This document shows, in pieces, positions 1-8,783 of a DNA stretch of 64,000 nucleotides. Made by a program: the position numbers and the translations under genes. Position 1 is the first letter of the stretch. The number at the start of each line of letters is the position of its first letter. The stretch covers positions 128,001 to 192,000 of the forward strand of contig JBBDYJ010000038.1 of assembly GCA_040901675.1 (NCBI GenBank), read 5' to 3'. Source of the DNA: Pirellulales bacterium (GTDB lineage Bacteria; Planctomycetota; Planctomycetia; Pirellulales; JAICIG01). A model generated the notes under the pieces. It did not search any database. It was not told the origin of the DNA and saw only the letters and a program-made list of their open reading frames with translations.

Positions 1-3000
1 CCTTCGCCGGGTTTAACGCCGGCGAAAAGCTGCTCTTTACCGTCGACGTAGACGAGCAAGGTTTCCTGGGACCCAATGCCGTGGCGGAGGGCAACGAGTT
101 CGAGGGATCGAAGTTCACCGGCACCTTCACGGCGCCGCACTTCTTCGAAGCCACCAGGTCGACCATTTTTTTTGACGCTTACGACGAGTTGCTCGCCGCC
201 AGCGGCCTGGACTTGCCGCCCGACAGCTACCAGCCGCCGGCTGCTCAACCCTCGCCCGTAATGACCGCGGGGGCCTTTCTCTCGGTGACCCAGGTACCGC
301 TGCCGATTTCGATCTCGGGCGCGGTGTTCGAGGACCGCAACGTCAACAATGTCCGCGAAGCATCGGACCCCGGCCTGGCAGGCGTGCAGCTCACGCTCGA
401 GCAGTTCGACGGCGGCAAATACGTGGCGACCGGGCAGACTGCGGTCACCGACGCGGCGGGCAATTACCGCTTCGAGGGGCTGCTGCCGGGGCGCTACCGC
501 GTGGTCGAATCGCAGCCCGGCGGGTACTTCAGCGTCGGCGCCCGGGCCGGGCAAGTCGGCGGCGGCACCCGCGGCACAACGCTCGGCCCCGACGTAATCA
601 CCGATATCGAGCTGTTGGGGGGCGAGGACAGCATCCGCAACAACTTTGCCGAGGCGTTGCCCAGTTTGATCCGGGGCCGCGTGCACGCCGACCGCGATGG
701 CGACTGCGTGTACGACCCGGGCGAGATCCTGATCAGCGGAGTCTCGATCGAGCTGCTCGATGCCGCGGGCAGCGTGATCGCTCGCACGACGACCGATTCA
801 CAGGGGCAGTACGAGTTCAACAATCTCGCGCCGGGCACGTACGGCGTGTTCGAGGTGCAGCCGGCCGGCTATTTCGACAGCGGCGACCACGTCGGGTCGG
901 CGGGCGGCCGCCTGGTGGCGCCCGATTCGATTGTCGACATCGTGCTCGTGTCAGGCACGCTGGCCGTCGACTACAACTTCTGCGAGCACGAGCCGGTCAG
1001 CCTGGGCGGCACGGTGTACGTCGACGACAACGACAACGGCCTGCGGGGAGCGAGCGAACCGGGGATCGCCGGCGTGACGCTGGTGCTGCTGGGCGCCGAC
1101 GGCTCGCAGTTGGGTCCGACCACGACAACCGATGCCCAGGGAGCTTACCTGTTCAGCGGCCTGGCCCCCGGAGTGTACGGTGTGGCCGAGATCCAGCCGG
1201 CAGGTTTCTTCGACGGCCGCGATACGCCGGGCACGGCCGGCGGCGCCGCCCAGAACCCGGGCGACCGGATCACGGGGGCCACGCTGACGCCGGGGGTCCA
1301 CGGACGCGATTACGATTTCGGCGAGCTGCGGCCGGCGAGCATCCGCGGCCTGGTCCACGCCGACCGCAATGGCGACTGCATACCCCAGGACGACGAGCCA
1401 CGGCTGGCGGGCGTCGTCATCCAGCTCCTGGACGCCCAGGGCAACCTGCTGGCGGCCACCACGACAAACTCCCAGGGGCGGTATGCCTTCGAAAACCTTG
1501 TGCCGGGCACCTATGGCATCCGTGAGCTGCAGCCGGCCGGCTACCTCGACTCCGGCGACCACGTCGGTTCGGCCGGTGGAGTCGCCGCAGGCAACGACTT
1601 GATCACGGGTATCCGATTGGGCTCCGGCACCGAAGCCGACGACTACAACTTCTGCGAGCTGGAGCCGGCCAGCATCGCCGGCATCGTGTTCGCCGACCGC
1701 AACGGCGACTCCCTGCACCAGCAGGGCGAAGCGTTGCTGGCGGGCGTAACGATTCAACTGCTCGGCCCCGCGGCGGGCGTGGTGGCCAGCATGGCGACCG
1801 ACAGCCAGGGACGGTATGCCTTCGAGGGACTGGCTCCCGGCGTGTACGGCATCCGCGAGCTGCAGCCGGCCGGCTATTTCGACGGGCCGGACCAGGTCGG
1901 TTCGGCCGGAGGCATACGAGCCGCCAACGACCTGATCACCGGCATCACGTTGGGAGCCAACGTCGATGCCGTGAACTACAACTTCGTCGAGCTGGAGCCG
2001 GCCAGCATCGCCGGCATGGTGTATGCCGACACCGACGGCGACGGCCTGCTGGGTCCCGGCGAGGCGCCGCTGCCGGGCGTTGTCATCCAGCTCCTGGGGA
2101 ACCAGGGGCAGGTGCTGGCCACGACCATCACGGGCCCACTCGGTCGCTACATCTTCCAGGGCTTGGCGCCCGGGCGATACGGCCTTCGCGAGCTGCAGCC
2201 GGCCGGCTACTTCGACGGGCCGGACCACGTCGGCTCGGCCGGAGGCATTTTGGTTGCCAACGACCTGATCACCGGCATCCAGCTTGGGGCCGCCGTCCGC
2301 GCCACCGAGTACAACTTCGCCGAGATTCCGCCCGGGGCGATCTCCGGATTTGTTTTCCAGGATGGCCCGGACGTCGAGCTGGAGAACGTTGAAGCCGAGC
2401 TGCCGGGCCTGGTCTCGAACTTGTCGAGCATCCGTGACGGGCAACGCAAGCCCACGGATCGGCCGATCGCCGGCGTGCGGCTGCGGCTGGCCGACGCCAC
2501 GGGCGTGCTGTTGCTCGATGGCCGGGGCAACCCGATGGAAGCCACGACGAACGCCGCCGGCTTCTACATCTTTAACGGTCTGCCTCCGGGACTCTACACC
2601 GTGCTGCAGGTGCAGCCGGAGGGCTACATCGACGGGTTGGATACGGCCGGTTCGCTGGGCGGCATCGCGATCAACCCCGGGCTGATTGCCCTCAGCGATC
2701 CGAGCGGGTTCATGCTGCTCAGTCCCGCGTTTTTTGGCAAGGCCCACAACCCCCCCCAAGCCCCGATTGCCCCGGGCGCGGGCCGGCACTCGATCGAAAA
2801 CAACTTCGGCGAGATTCGCGTGGTGGAGAGGCCGAATGTGCCTTTCATCATGTTCCCTCCCGCGCCGACGCCGCCGAGCTTGCAGGTGATCGCACCCGCG
2901 CTGCGCGATCCGCTGGTTTTCAATACGCTTACGCCGATGATCGTGCCGCTGTTGACGCCGCTGTATTACGGCGGCGGAGGCGTGGTCGGCTTCACCTGGC

Positions 3001-4001
3001 ACTTGAGCGTCGTCGACGCCGGCCGGCCCCGCGGCGACCGCGGCACGCCGGAAGGCCGCATGCACCTGACCAGCGTCCAGTTCGATTCGGCCGCATGGCA
3101 GAAAACCCGGCTGACGGAAGGGACTTGGATCTTCGACGACCGGCCGTCGGCCGAGGAGGCCATCGCGCCGCCGGGCGAAGAGCCCGAAGTTGCAGCGCCT
3201 GTCGATCGCGCCCGTCGATTTGTGTTCGGCAGGCGGGGAGCGATTGCGGTGACGGGCGATTTCGACGGGGACGGCTTGAGCGAAGTCGGCGTGTTCATCG
3301 ACGGCGAGTGGTTTATCGACCTCAACGGCAACGGCATCTGGGACGAAGGCGACTTGTGGATCGGTCTCGGCTCGCAGGGCGATTTGCCGGTTACGGGCGA
3401 TTGGGACGGCGACGGCAAGACCGACATCGGCGTGTTCGGCAAGGCCTGGCCCGGCGACCCGCGGGCGGTGGCGGCCGAACCGGGCTTGCCCGGTCCCCGG
3501 AACATGACGGCCGGCACGAAGAACATGCCGCCGTCTTGGATGCAGGCCACGCTCGGCTGGCGGACGATGAAACGCACCCGCGACGGCGAGTTGCGGGCCG
3601 ACGTGATCGACCACGTCTTCCACTACGGCACCGCGGGCGACATTCCCGTGACGGGCGACTGGACCGGCAGCGGCGTCGACACGATCGGCGTCTTCCGCGA
3701 AGGCCGCTGGGTGTTGGACGTGGACGGCGACGGCAAGTGGACCGGGCCCGATCTTTCCTTCGAAATGGGCTCGGCGGGCGACCTGCCGATTGTGGGCGAT
3801 TTCGACGGCGACGGCATCGACGAGGTGGGCGTGTATCGCGACGGCCTCTGGCGGATCGACGTCAACCACGACCGCGTGCTCGACGAGCGCGACCTGATCT
3901 TCGAGCTAGGCGGCCCCGGAGACCAGCCCGTCGCAGGCGACTTCAACGGCGACGGCATCGACCAGCCGGGCGTGTACCGGGAACTGCCCGGCGGACAGTG
4001 A
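1..4001 (+). CDS. Large secreted/surface protein with ~7 SdrD-B-like repeats and C-terminal FG-GAP/VCBS-like repeats (5' end outside window)
   Basis: Frame is open from position 3. Repeated 'SIxGxVxxDxxGD...GVxIxL...TTTDxxGxYxFxxLxPGxYxxxExQPAGYxD' units. C-terminal GDFDGDG/GDWDGDG/GDWTGSG/GDFNGDG motifs. Confidence 0.9.
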   Translation, partial: FAGFNAGEKLLFTVDVDEQGFLGPNAVAEGNEFEGSKFTGTFTAPHFFEATRSTIFFDAYDELLAASGLDLPPDSYQPPAAQPSPVMTAGAFLSVTQVPLPISISGAVFEDRNVNNVREASDPGLAGVQLTLEQFDGGKYVATGQTAVTDAAGNYRFEGLLPGRYRVVESQPGGYFSVGARAGQVGGGTRGTTLGPDVITDIELLGGEDSIRNNFAEALPSLIRGRVHADRDGDCVYDPGEILISGVSIELLDAAGSVIARTTTDSQGQYEFNNLAPGTYGVFEVQPAGYFDSGDHVGSAGGRLVAPDSIVDIVLVSGTLAVDYNFCEHEPVSLGGTVYVDDNDNGLRGASEPGIAGVTLVLLGADGSQLGPTTTTDAQGAYLFSGLAPGVYGVAEIQPAGFFDGRDTPGTAGGAAQNPGDRITGATLTPGVHGRDYDFGELRPASIRGLVHADRNGDCIPQDDEPRLAGVVIQLLDAQGNLLAATTTNSQGRYAFENLVPGTYGIRELQPAGYLDSGDHVGSAGGVAAGNDLITGIRLGSGTEADDYNFCELEPASIAGIVFADRNGDSLHQQGEALLAGVTIQLLGPAAGVVASMATDSQGRYAFEGLAPGVYGIRELQPAGYFDGPDQVGSAGGIRAANDLITGITLGANVDAVNYNFVELEPASIAGMVYADTDGDGLLGPGEAPLPGVVIQLLGNQGQVLATTITGPLGRYIFQGLAPGRYGLRELQPAGYFDGPDHVGSAGGILVANDLITGIQLGAAVRATEYNFAEIPPGAISGFVFQDGPDVELENVEAELPGLVSNLSSIRDGQRKPTDRPIAGVRLRLADATGVLLLDGRGNPMEATTNAAGFYIFNGLPPGLYTVLQVQPEGYIDGLDTAGSLGGIAINPGLIALSDPSGFMLLSPAFFGKAHNPPQAPIAPGAGRHSIENNFGEIRVVERPNVPFIMFPPAPTPPSLQVIAPALRDPLVFNTLTPMIVPLLTPLYYGGGGVVGFTWHLSVVDAGRPRGDRGTPEGRMHLTSVQFDSAAWQKTRLTEGTWIFDDRPSAEEAIAPPGEEPEVAAPVDRARRFVFGRRGAIAVTGDFDGDGLSEVGVFIDGEWFIDLNGNGIWDEGDLWIGLGSQGDLPVTGDWDGDGKTDIGVFGKAWPGDPRAVAAEPGLPGPRNMTAGTKNMPPSWMQATLGWRTMKRTRDGELRADVIDHVFHYGTAGDIPVTGDWTGSGVDTIGVFREGRWVLDVDGDGKWTGPDLSFEMGSAGDLPIVGDFDGDGIDEVGVYRDGLWRIDVNHDRVLDERDLIFELGGPGDQPVAGDFNGDGIDQPGVYRELPGGQ

Positions 4002-4014
4002 CCCGCATGCACGC

Positions 4015-4191
4015 GTAGCCGGATTCGCCAGAATTCGGGCCCTGGGCCGTTTCACCAGAACTCTGGCGCCGTAGTCGAATTCGCCAGAATTCGGGCCCTG
4101 GCCCGCTCCCCCAGAACTCTGGCGCCGTAGCTGAATTCGCCAGAATTCGGGCCGTGGCTCGTTTCGCCAGAACTCTGGCGAGTTCTGCTAC
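4015..4191. repeat. REP-like (GTAG family) tandem array, three ~56-bp units
   Basis: Units start at 4015, 4071 and 4127 with GTAGYNG(G/A)ATTCGCCAGAATTC. The array ends with an inverted copy GAACTCTGGCGAGTTCTGCTAC. It lies between convergent genes. Confidence 0.85.
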
Positions 4192-4221
4192 CTCGCCCTT
4201 CTGCCTTCTGCCTTTCCCCGC

Positions 4222-4395
4222 TCACCCTGCATCCTTCAGCTTCTCGAGCTCAGCGGTCACTTCCGCGATCTCCTGTTCGAGCCGAGTGATGTCCCGCGGA
4301 TCGTCCATCTGCTTCTTGGCCCCGGCAAGCTGCATCCGCAGCTTCTGCAGCCGCTGGTTCAAGAGGTCGATTCGCTTTTTGGCCTTCTTATCCAT
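4222..4395 (-). CDS. Small coiled-coil hypothetical protein
   Basis: MDKKAKKRIDLLNQRLQKLRMQLAGAKKQ... shows a heptad pattern and overlaps the end of the upstream membrane-protein gene. Confidence 0.7.
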   Translation of the reverse strand: MDKKAKKRIDLLNQRLQKLRMQLAGAKKQMDDPRDITRLEQEIAEVTAELEKLKDAG

Positions 4396-4945
4396 GACCG
4401 GCACCCAGCGGAACCGCCGCCGCGGTCGGATTTCCCTCCTCGAGGGGCATGGCGGCGGAAGGCAACGCCGGCTCGGACAGCGGCGACTTGGTCGGGATCG
4501 CCCGCAGCACGCCCGAGATGCACACCACGATCACGGCCATCACCAGGTTCGCCGTCATCCAGAACCGGGCGTTCTGGCGGAAGCGGTCCAGGGCCGGGCT
4601 GCGTCCCACCAGGGCGCTGGCAATGAAGAAGATCGCCAAGGCCAACAGGAACTTCACTCCGAACAGGCCGTGGTACAGGCCGGTGTAATCGGGATGAATG
4701 CCCGGCGAGCGCAGCTTGGTGATGAAGTTGTACAGGCCGCTCAACAATAGAAACAGGATCGCCGCCATGACGAACTTCGACCAGCGGCCGCGGATCGCCT
4801 CGTGCAGCGTCTTGCGCTGTTCGGCCGGCAGCGTGGCGACCGAGGGCATCAGCGCCAGCCGCATGAAGATCGTGCCGCCGACCGCCGTGATGGCCGCCAG
4901 CATGTGCAGCCACCGCGACACGAGTGCCACATAATCGAGTTCCAC
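4388..4945 (-). CDS. Four-TM membrane protein (CopD-like)
   Basis: N-terminal RWLHMLAAITAVGG and four hydrophobic helices; AGGAGG SD before the GTG. Confidence 0.7.
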   Translation of the reverse strand: MELDYVALVSRWLHMLAAITAVGGTIFMRLALMPSVATLPAEQRKTLHEAIRGRWSKFVMAAILFLLLSGLYNFITKLRSPGIHPDYTGLYHGLFGVKFLLALAIFFIASALVGRSPALDRFRQNARFWMTANLVMAVIVVCISGVLRAIPTKSPLSEPALPSAAMPLEEGNPTAAAVPLGAGHG

Positions 4946-5078
4946 TGCGATCCTCCTCGTGCTGTCGGCGACCGGCCCCTTCGCCGGATCGTAGGCCCAG
5001 GCCTGCCATTTGTCCAGCGGTTCGTAGTGATCCGCCCGGTAGCTTGAGTTCGCCAGAACTCAGGCGGACGTACGAAGA

Positions 5079-5112
5079 CTGGGGCACGCTACCGCTTTGC
5101 CCCAGCCACCCG
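5079..5112 (+). repeat. 34-bp palindromic dispersed repeat CTGGGGCACGCTNNCGCTTTGCCCCAGCCACCCG (copy 1)
   Basis: Inverted copy at 6653-6686 and a third copy at ~31774-31808. A GTAG-REP copy is adjacent at 5039-5061. Confidence 0.8.
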
Positions 5113-5151
5113 CCGGAGTCCTCCCAAGTTCTAAGTCCCAAGCACCAAGTC

Positions 5152-6525
5152 CTAAGCACCAAGTTCCTTCCTCAGCCGATCGACCAGCGCCAGCGCCTCG
5201 GCCTTGGTCGTGATCTCCTTCAGGAGTTGCGCATCGCGCACCCGCTCCAAGAGCGTGGCAAAACCCTTGCCGGGAGGCACGCCGTGCGCGATCAGATCGT
5301 CGCCCGTCACCAGCGGAGGCGGATTCAACTCCGCCTCGGGCAAGGCAAGCAGGCGGCGGCAATGCTCCACGTCGGCCGGGCGTTCGCCGGCCGCCAGGGC
5401 GTCGGCCTCGGCCAGCGCCAGCAGTTCGTCGATCCCCTCCGTGATCAACAGCCGCTGCAGCCGGGGCCAGGTCATTTCGCTGGCCCGCCGCACGACTCCA
5501 ATTTGGCGGACCAGCCAGGCGACGCGGCGGATCTCCTGGTTCGAAAGCCGCCAGCGGCGGCAAACCCGCTCGGCCGCGGCGGCCGCCTCGGCGTCGCCGC
5601 CTGACCCCGGAGCCGTTTGCCGCCCGAGCACGCCACACACGAGCGCGGCCAGGGCCAGCGAGAAACTCGGCCCGTTCTCGTCCGGCGATGGCCCGAGCCG
5701 GTCGAGCATGGCCAGTGTGTGTCGCCAGGACTTCGGCGCGCTCAGTCGAGCCGCCGGCCCTTGCGCCCCTTGGTCCGGAGCATTCTCGTCGCCAGGCGCC
5801 GGCTGTGACTCGGGGAGGATGGCCGCCAGCAGCGTCGAGCCGCGCAGCAGGTCCATGGCCCGTGCCCGGTTGGCGTGGACCAGCATCAGCCGCATTTCCT
5901 GGGCGATGCGCTCGGCGCTCACGGCGGTGATGCCGGGAGCCAGCTCGCGGATGGCTTTCCATGTCTCTTCTTCGAGGGCAAAGTCGAACGTGGCGGCAAA
6001 GCGGACGGCCCGCAGCAGCCGCAGCCGATCTTCGTGAAAGCGGGCTCGCGGATCGCCGATGGCCCGAACCAGCCGGTTTTCGAGGTCGGCCAGTCCGCCC
6101 ACGTAGTCGATCACGCGGCCGCCGTCCGGCGCGAGCGGATCGAAGAACATGCCGTTGATCGTGAAATCGCGCCGCTGTGCGTCGGCCTCGGCCGTGCTGT
6201 AATGGACCGCATCGGGATGGCGGGCGTCGCTGTATCCCTCGTCGCTGCGAAACGTGGTGACTTCGATCGTGCCGGCCCCGCCCCGGCCCACGACCGCGAT
6301 GACGCCGAAGGCCGCCCCGATCGCCAGCGTCCGGCGGTTTCCGAACAGGTTGCGGACCTGCTCCGGCCGGGCATTGGTAGCCACGTCGTAATCCTTGGGC
6401 AGGCGGCCCAGCAGGCTATCGCGGACGCACCCGCCGGCCCAATAGGCCTCGAAGCCCGCCTCGCGCAGCCGCGCGAGCACTTCCAGCGCGAAGTCGCGCG
6501 TGCGTTGGGGATCGGGTCGACTCAC
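5152..6525 (-). CDS. cca: CCA tRNA nucleotidyltransferase (poly(A) polymerase/CCA family)
   Basis: Motifs [26 protein letters not shown] and [14 protein letters not shown]. Confidence 0.92.
   Translation of the reverse strand: MSRPDPQRTRDFALEVLARLREAGFEAYWAGGCVRDSLLGRLPKDYDVATNARPEQVRNLFGNRRTLAIGAAFGVIAVVGRGGAGTIEVTTFRSDEGYSDARHPDAVHYSTAEADAQRRDFTINGMFFDPLAPDGGRVIDYVGGLADLENRLVRAIGDPRARFHEDRLRLLRAVRFAATFDFALEEETWKAIRELAPGITAVSAERIAQEMRLMLVHANRARAMDLLRGSTLLAAILPESQPAPGDENAPDQGAQGPAARLSAPKSWRHTLAMLDRLGPSPDENGPSFSLALAALVCGVLGRQTAPGSGGDAEAAAAAERVCRRWRLSNQEIRRVAWLVRQIGVVRRASEMTWPRLQRLLITEGIDELLALAEADALAAGERPADVEHCRRLLALPEAELNPPPLVTGDDLIAHGVPPGKGFATLLERVRDAQLLKEITTKAEALALVDRLRKELGA
5729..5752. mobile_element. 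24-bp mini element, in-frame within cca
   Basis: GACTTCGGCGCGCTCAGTCGAGCC, one mismatch from the other copies; adds the peptide ARLSAPKS. Confidence 0.75.
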
Positions 6526-6652
6526 GAAATCGCCTTGAATCGGGGTGCGTGATTGATCATAGCAGAAGGAAGGACTTTGTTCTTTGCACTTTGTACTTTG
6601 GGCTCCGGCCCCGCAGCCTTATCAAGCACCAAGCACCAAGGTCTCCTTCCGC

Positions 6653-6686
6653 CGGGTGGCTGGGGCAAAGCGCTAGCGTGCCCCAG
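6653..6686 (-). repeat. 34-bp palindromic dispersed repeat (copy 2, inverted)
   Basis: Reverse complement matches 5079-5112 with one mismatch. Confidence 0.8.
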
Positions 6687-6761
6687 GGCAGTGGTCAGAA
6701 CGGCGGCTTGCTGCGGCACCTCCGGCGCGCCGCGTGCCCCAGTCGTCGCCATCGTGTTCCT

Positions 6762-6873
6762 GTTACTCCTTCCTCCTTCTGCCCTCTGCCCTCTGCCCTT
6801 TGCCTTCGGCCTTCTCCCTCATCCCCCCTTCGCCCCTTCCCCTCATCCCTTCCTCCCTCCCCCTCTGCCCTCC
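6762..6873. repeat. Polypyrimidine degenerate heptamer tandem repeats
   Basis: TCTGCCC/CCCTCAT/CCCCTTC-type units, almost purine-free. Confidence 0.7.
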
Positions 6874-6965
6874 AGGATTTGCATTCGATCCGTCAAGCTG
6901 GTATCATGATTCCACTGTCGGTTCGCTCCGTTGGCACTTCCGGGACTCTTTCCGAGGTCTCGATC

Positions 6966-8006
6966 ATGCGGCCACGCTCTTCTGAAGACACCACGGTGTG
7001 CTGCCGGCCTCCTGCCTGCTTCCGAAGGTTCTCGAGCCGCCATCGCTCATCGTCCGGGATCCGGCCCCCTCGTCGCGGGTTCACGCTGATCGAGCTTTTG
7101 GTGGTGATCTCGATCATCGGCATGTTGATGGCTCTCTTGCTGCCGGCGATCCAGATGGCCCGGGAGGCGGGACGGCGCACGACCTGCAAGAACAATCTGC
7201 GCCAGCTCGGTTTCGCAATGCTGTCGCACGAGTCGGCCTGGCGTCGCTTTCCGTCCGGTGGCTGGGGCTATCTTTGGTACGGCGACCCGGACCGCGGCAC
7301 GGGCCGCGCGCAGCCCGGCGGCTGGACATACAATTTATTGCCCTACATCGAGCGCCGGGACCTGGCGGTGATGGGCAAAGGCAAGTCTTTGCCGAAAAAG
7401 TACGCGGCGATCGCACAGGTGAACCAGAGCGTCCTGGCTGTCTTCCATTGCCCCACCCGGCGTCGCCCCGAGCTCGGCGCGTTCAATCCCGCCGTGCCCC
7501 CCTTGAACGCTGATTTCAGCTCCGCGGTAGCCAAGACCGACTATGCGGCCAACGCCGGCGACAAGTTCCTGCACTCGCATTTTGGTCCGGTCGATCTAGC
7601 CCAGGGCGACAGCACGTCGTACGCCTGGCCCGATTTCAGCGAGGCCACGGGCATCGTCTACATGCGCAGCGAAGTCAGGATGGCGTCCGTCATCGACGGC
7701 AGCGGCTACACCTACATGATCGGCGAGAAGCACGTCTCCGATCCCGGTTTCGACACGGGCGATGACCAGGGCATCCACGTCGGCTACGACTGGGACACCT
7801 GCCGCTGGGCGGCCCTGGGCTGGACGCCCAGAGAGGACGGCGGCCCGGTGGCCGCGGAGCACTTTGGCAGCGCCCACGTTGATGTATGCCAGTTCGTGTT
7901 CTGCGACGGCTCCGTCCGGGAGATCAGCTTCGACATCGAGCCCGAGATCCACCAGTGGCTCGGCAACCGGCGGGACCGGCAGATCTTCTCAGACGACAGA
8001 TTTTGA
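6966..8006 (+). CDS. DUF1559 prepilin-type N-terminal cleavage/methylation protein
   Basis: [46 protein letters not shown]-terminal H-X9-DG motif ([12 protein letters not shown]). Start is an estimate. Confidence 0.93.
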   Translation: MRPRSSEDTTVCCRPPACFRRFSSRHRSSSGIRPPRRGFTLIELLVVISIIGMLMALLLPAIQMAREAGRRTTCKNNLRQLGFAMLSHESAWRRFPSGGWGYLWYGDPDRGTGRAQPGGWTYNLLPYIERRDLAVMGKGKSLPKKYAAIAQVNQSVLAVFHCPTRRRPELGAFNPAVPPLNADFSSAVAKTDYAANAGDKFLHSHFGPVDLAQGDSTSYAWPDFSEATGIVYMRSEVRMASVIDGSGYTYMIGEKHVSDPGFDTGDDQGIHVGYDWDTCRWAALGWTPREDGGPVAAEHFGSAHVDVCQFVFCDGSVREISFDIEPEIHQWLGNRRDRQIFSDDRF

Positions 8007-8037
8007 CGGCCTGCCCGCCCGTCGCCCTTTCGACGTT

Positions 8038-8367
8038 TTATTGTTCGCTCGTTACCGGCGAGTCTTGGCTGGCCGCCGTGAGCATCTTCACCAGGCGGAG
8101 CGCTCCACCCGCTCCCAAGGCGATTCCGACCACTACCGATCGAACGACAAGCTGGTCGGTCGAAACGGCGGGTCCGTTCACCCAATACAACAGGGGCGCC
8201 AAAGCCAATGAGAACCAGCACGCCAACTCGGCGAGCCAAAGAATCTGTGCCGTATCGGGCGTGCTGTCCCCTTCCTCGGCGCTGCGACATTCACCCGAGT
8301 CAGGCGTCCTCGGGCCGGCAGGCGCTGGTTCGGCGGGTCTTTTTTTTGCCGAGAATCTCCAGAGCAT
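8038..8367 (-). CDS. Small two-TM hypothetical membrane protein
   Basis: Two hydrophobic segments flank 'YWVNGPAVSTDQ'. Confidence 0.5.
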   Translation of the reverse strand: MLWRFSAKKRPAEPAPAGPRTPDSGECRSAEEGDSTPDTAQILWLAELACWFSLALAPLLYWVNGPAVSTDQLVVRSVVVGIALGAGGALRLVKMLTAASQDSPVTSEQ

Positions 8368-8783
8368 CGTTCCTCCAACTCAGCATTTCTCACTGCTTCA
8401 GTTGCGCACGGAATCAATCGTAAGATCTAGCTGGCTGTTGTCTTTCACATGGTATATATGGGTCTTCGGAGTTTTGAGTGGGTGGAAACTGGGGAGAATC
8501 GGCACGGCCACGGGCAGCCTCAAGCCGCCTCGACCGCTGCGCCGGCACGACAATCCCGGTGGGACCCTGCTCCCGGCGGCACTGCCCCGGCCCTTCGCAG
8601 GTGCCAGCAAATACGGGGTTTTCTGCGGACTTGCTTCGCAAGACATCATTTTGCTGGCCCCTGCTACGGTGCCTCTGGTCGCCCCCACCCGGCTTGCCGT
8701 GCCGGCTCCGCTCGCTCACGGGGAACCGAAAGCAACAGGCGGAGCCGCCCTGCGTTTCCCTCGGGATTTTCTCGTTTACCCAC

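Noticed and set aside
2715..2795. Odd homopolymer-rich segment in the last SdrD-B repeat as a phase-variation site
   Set aside because: The frame is intact; low-quality base calls or local divergence are as likely, and this cannot be resolved without reads.
951..3869. 972-aa antisense ORF
   Set aside because: Shadow ORF of the SdrD-B gene caused by high-GC codon bias; no motifs.
4015..4191. Possible CRISPR array
   Set aside because: The variable parts are short and similar to each other, the units are REP-like with dispersed inverted copies, and no cas genes are present.
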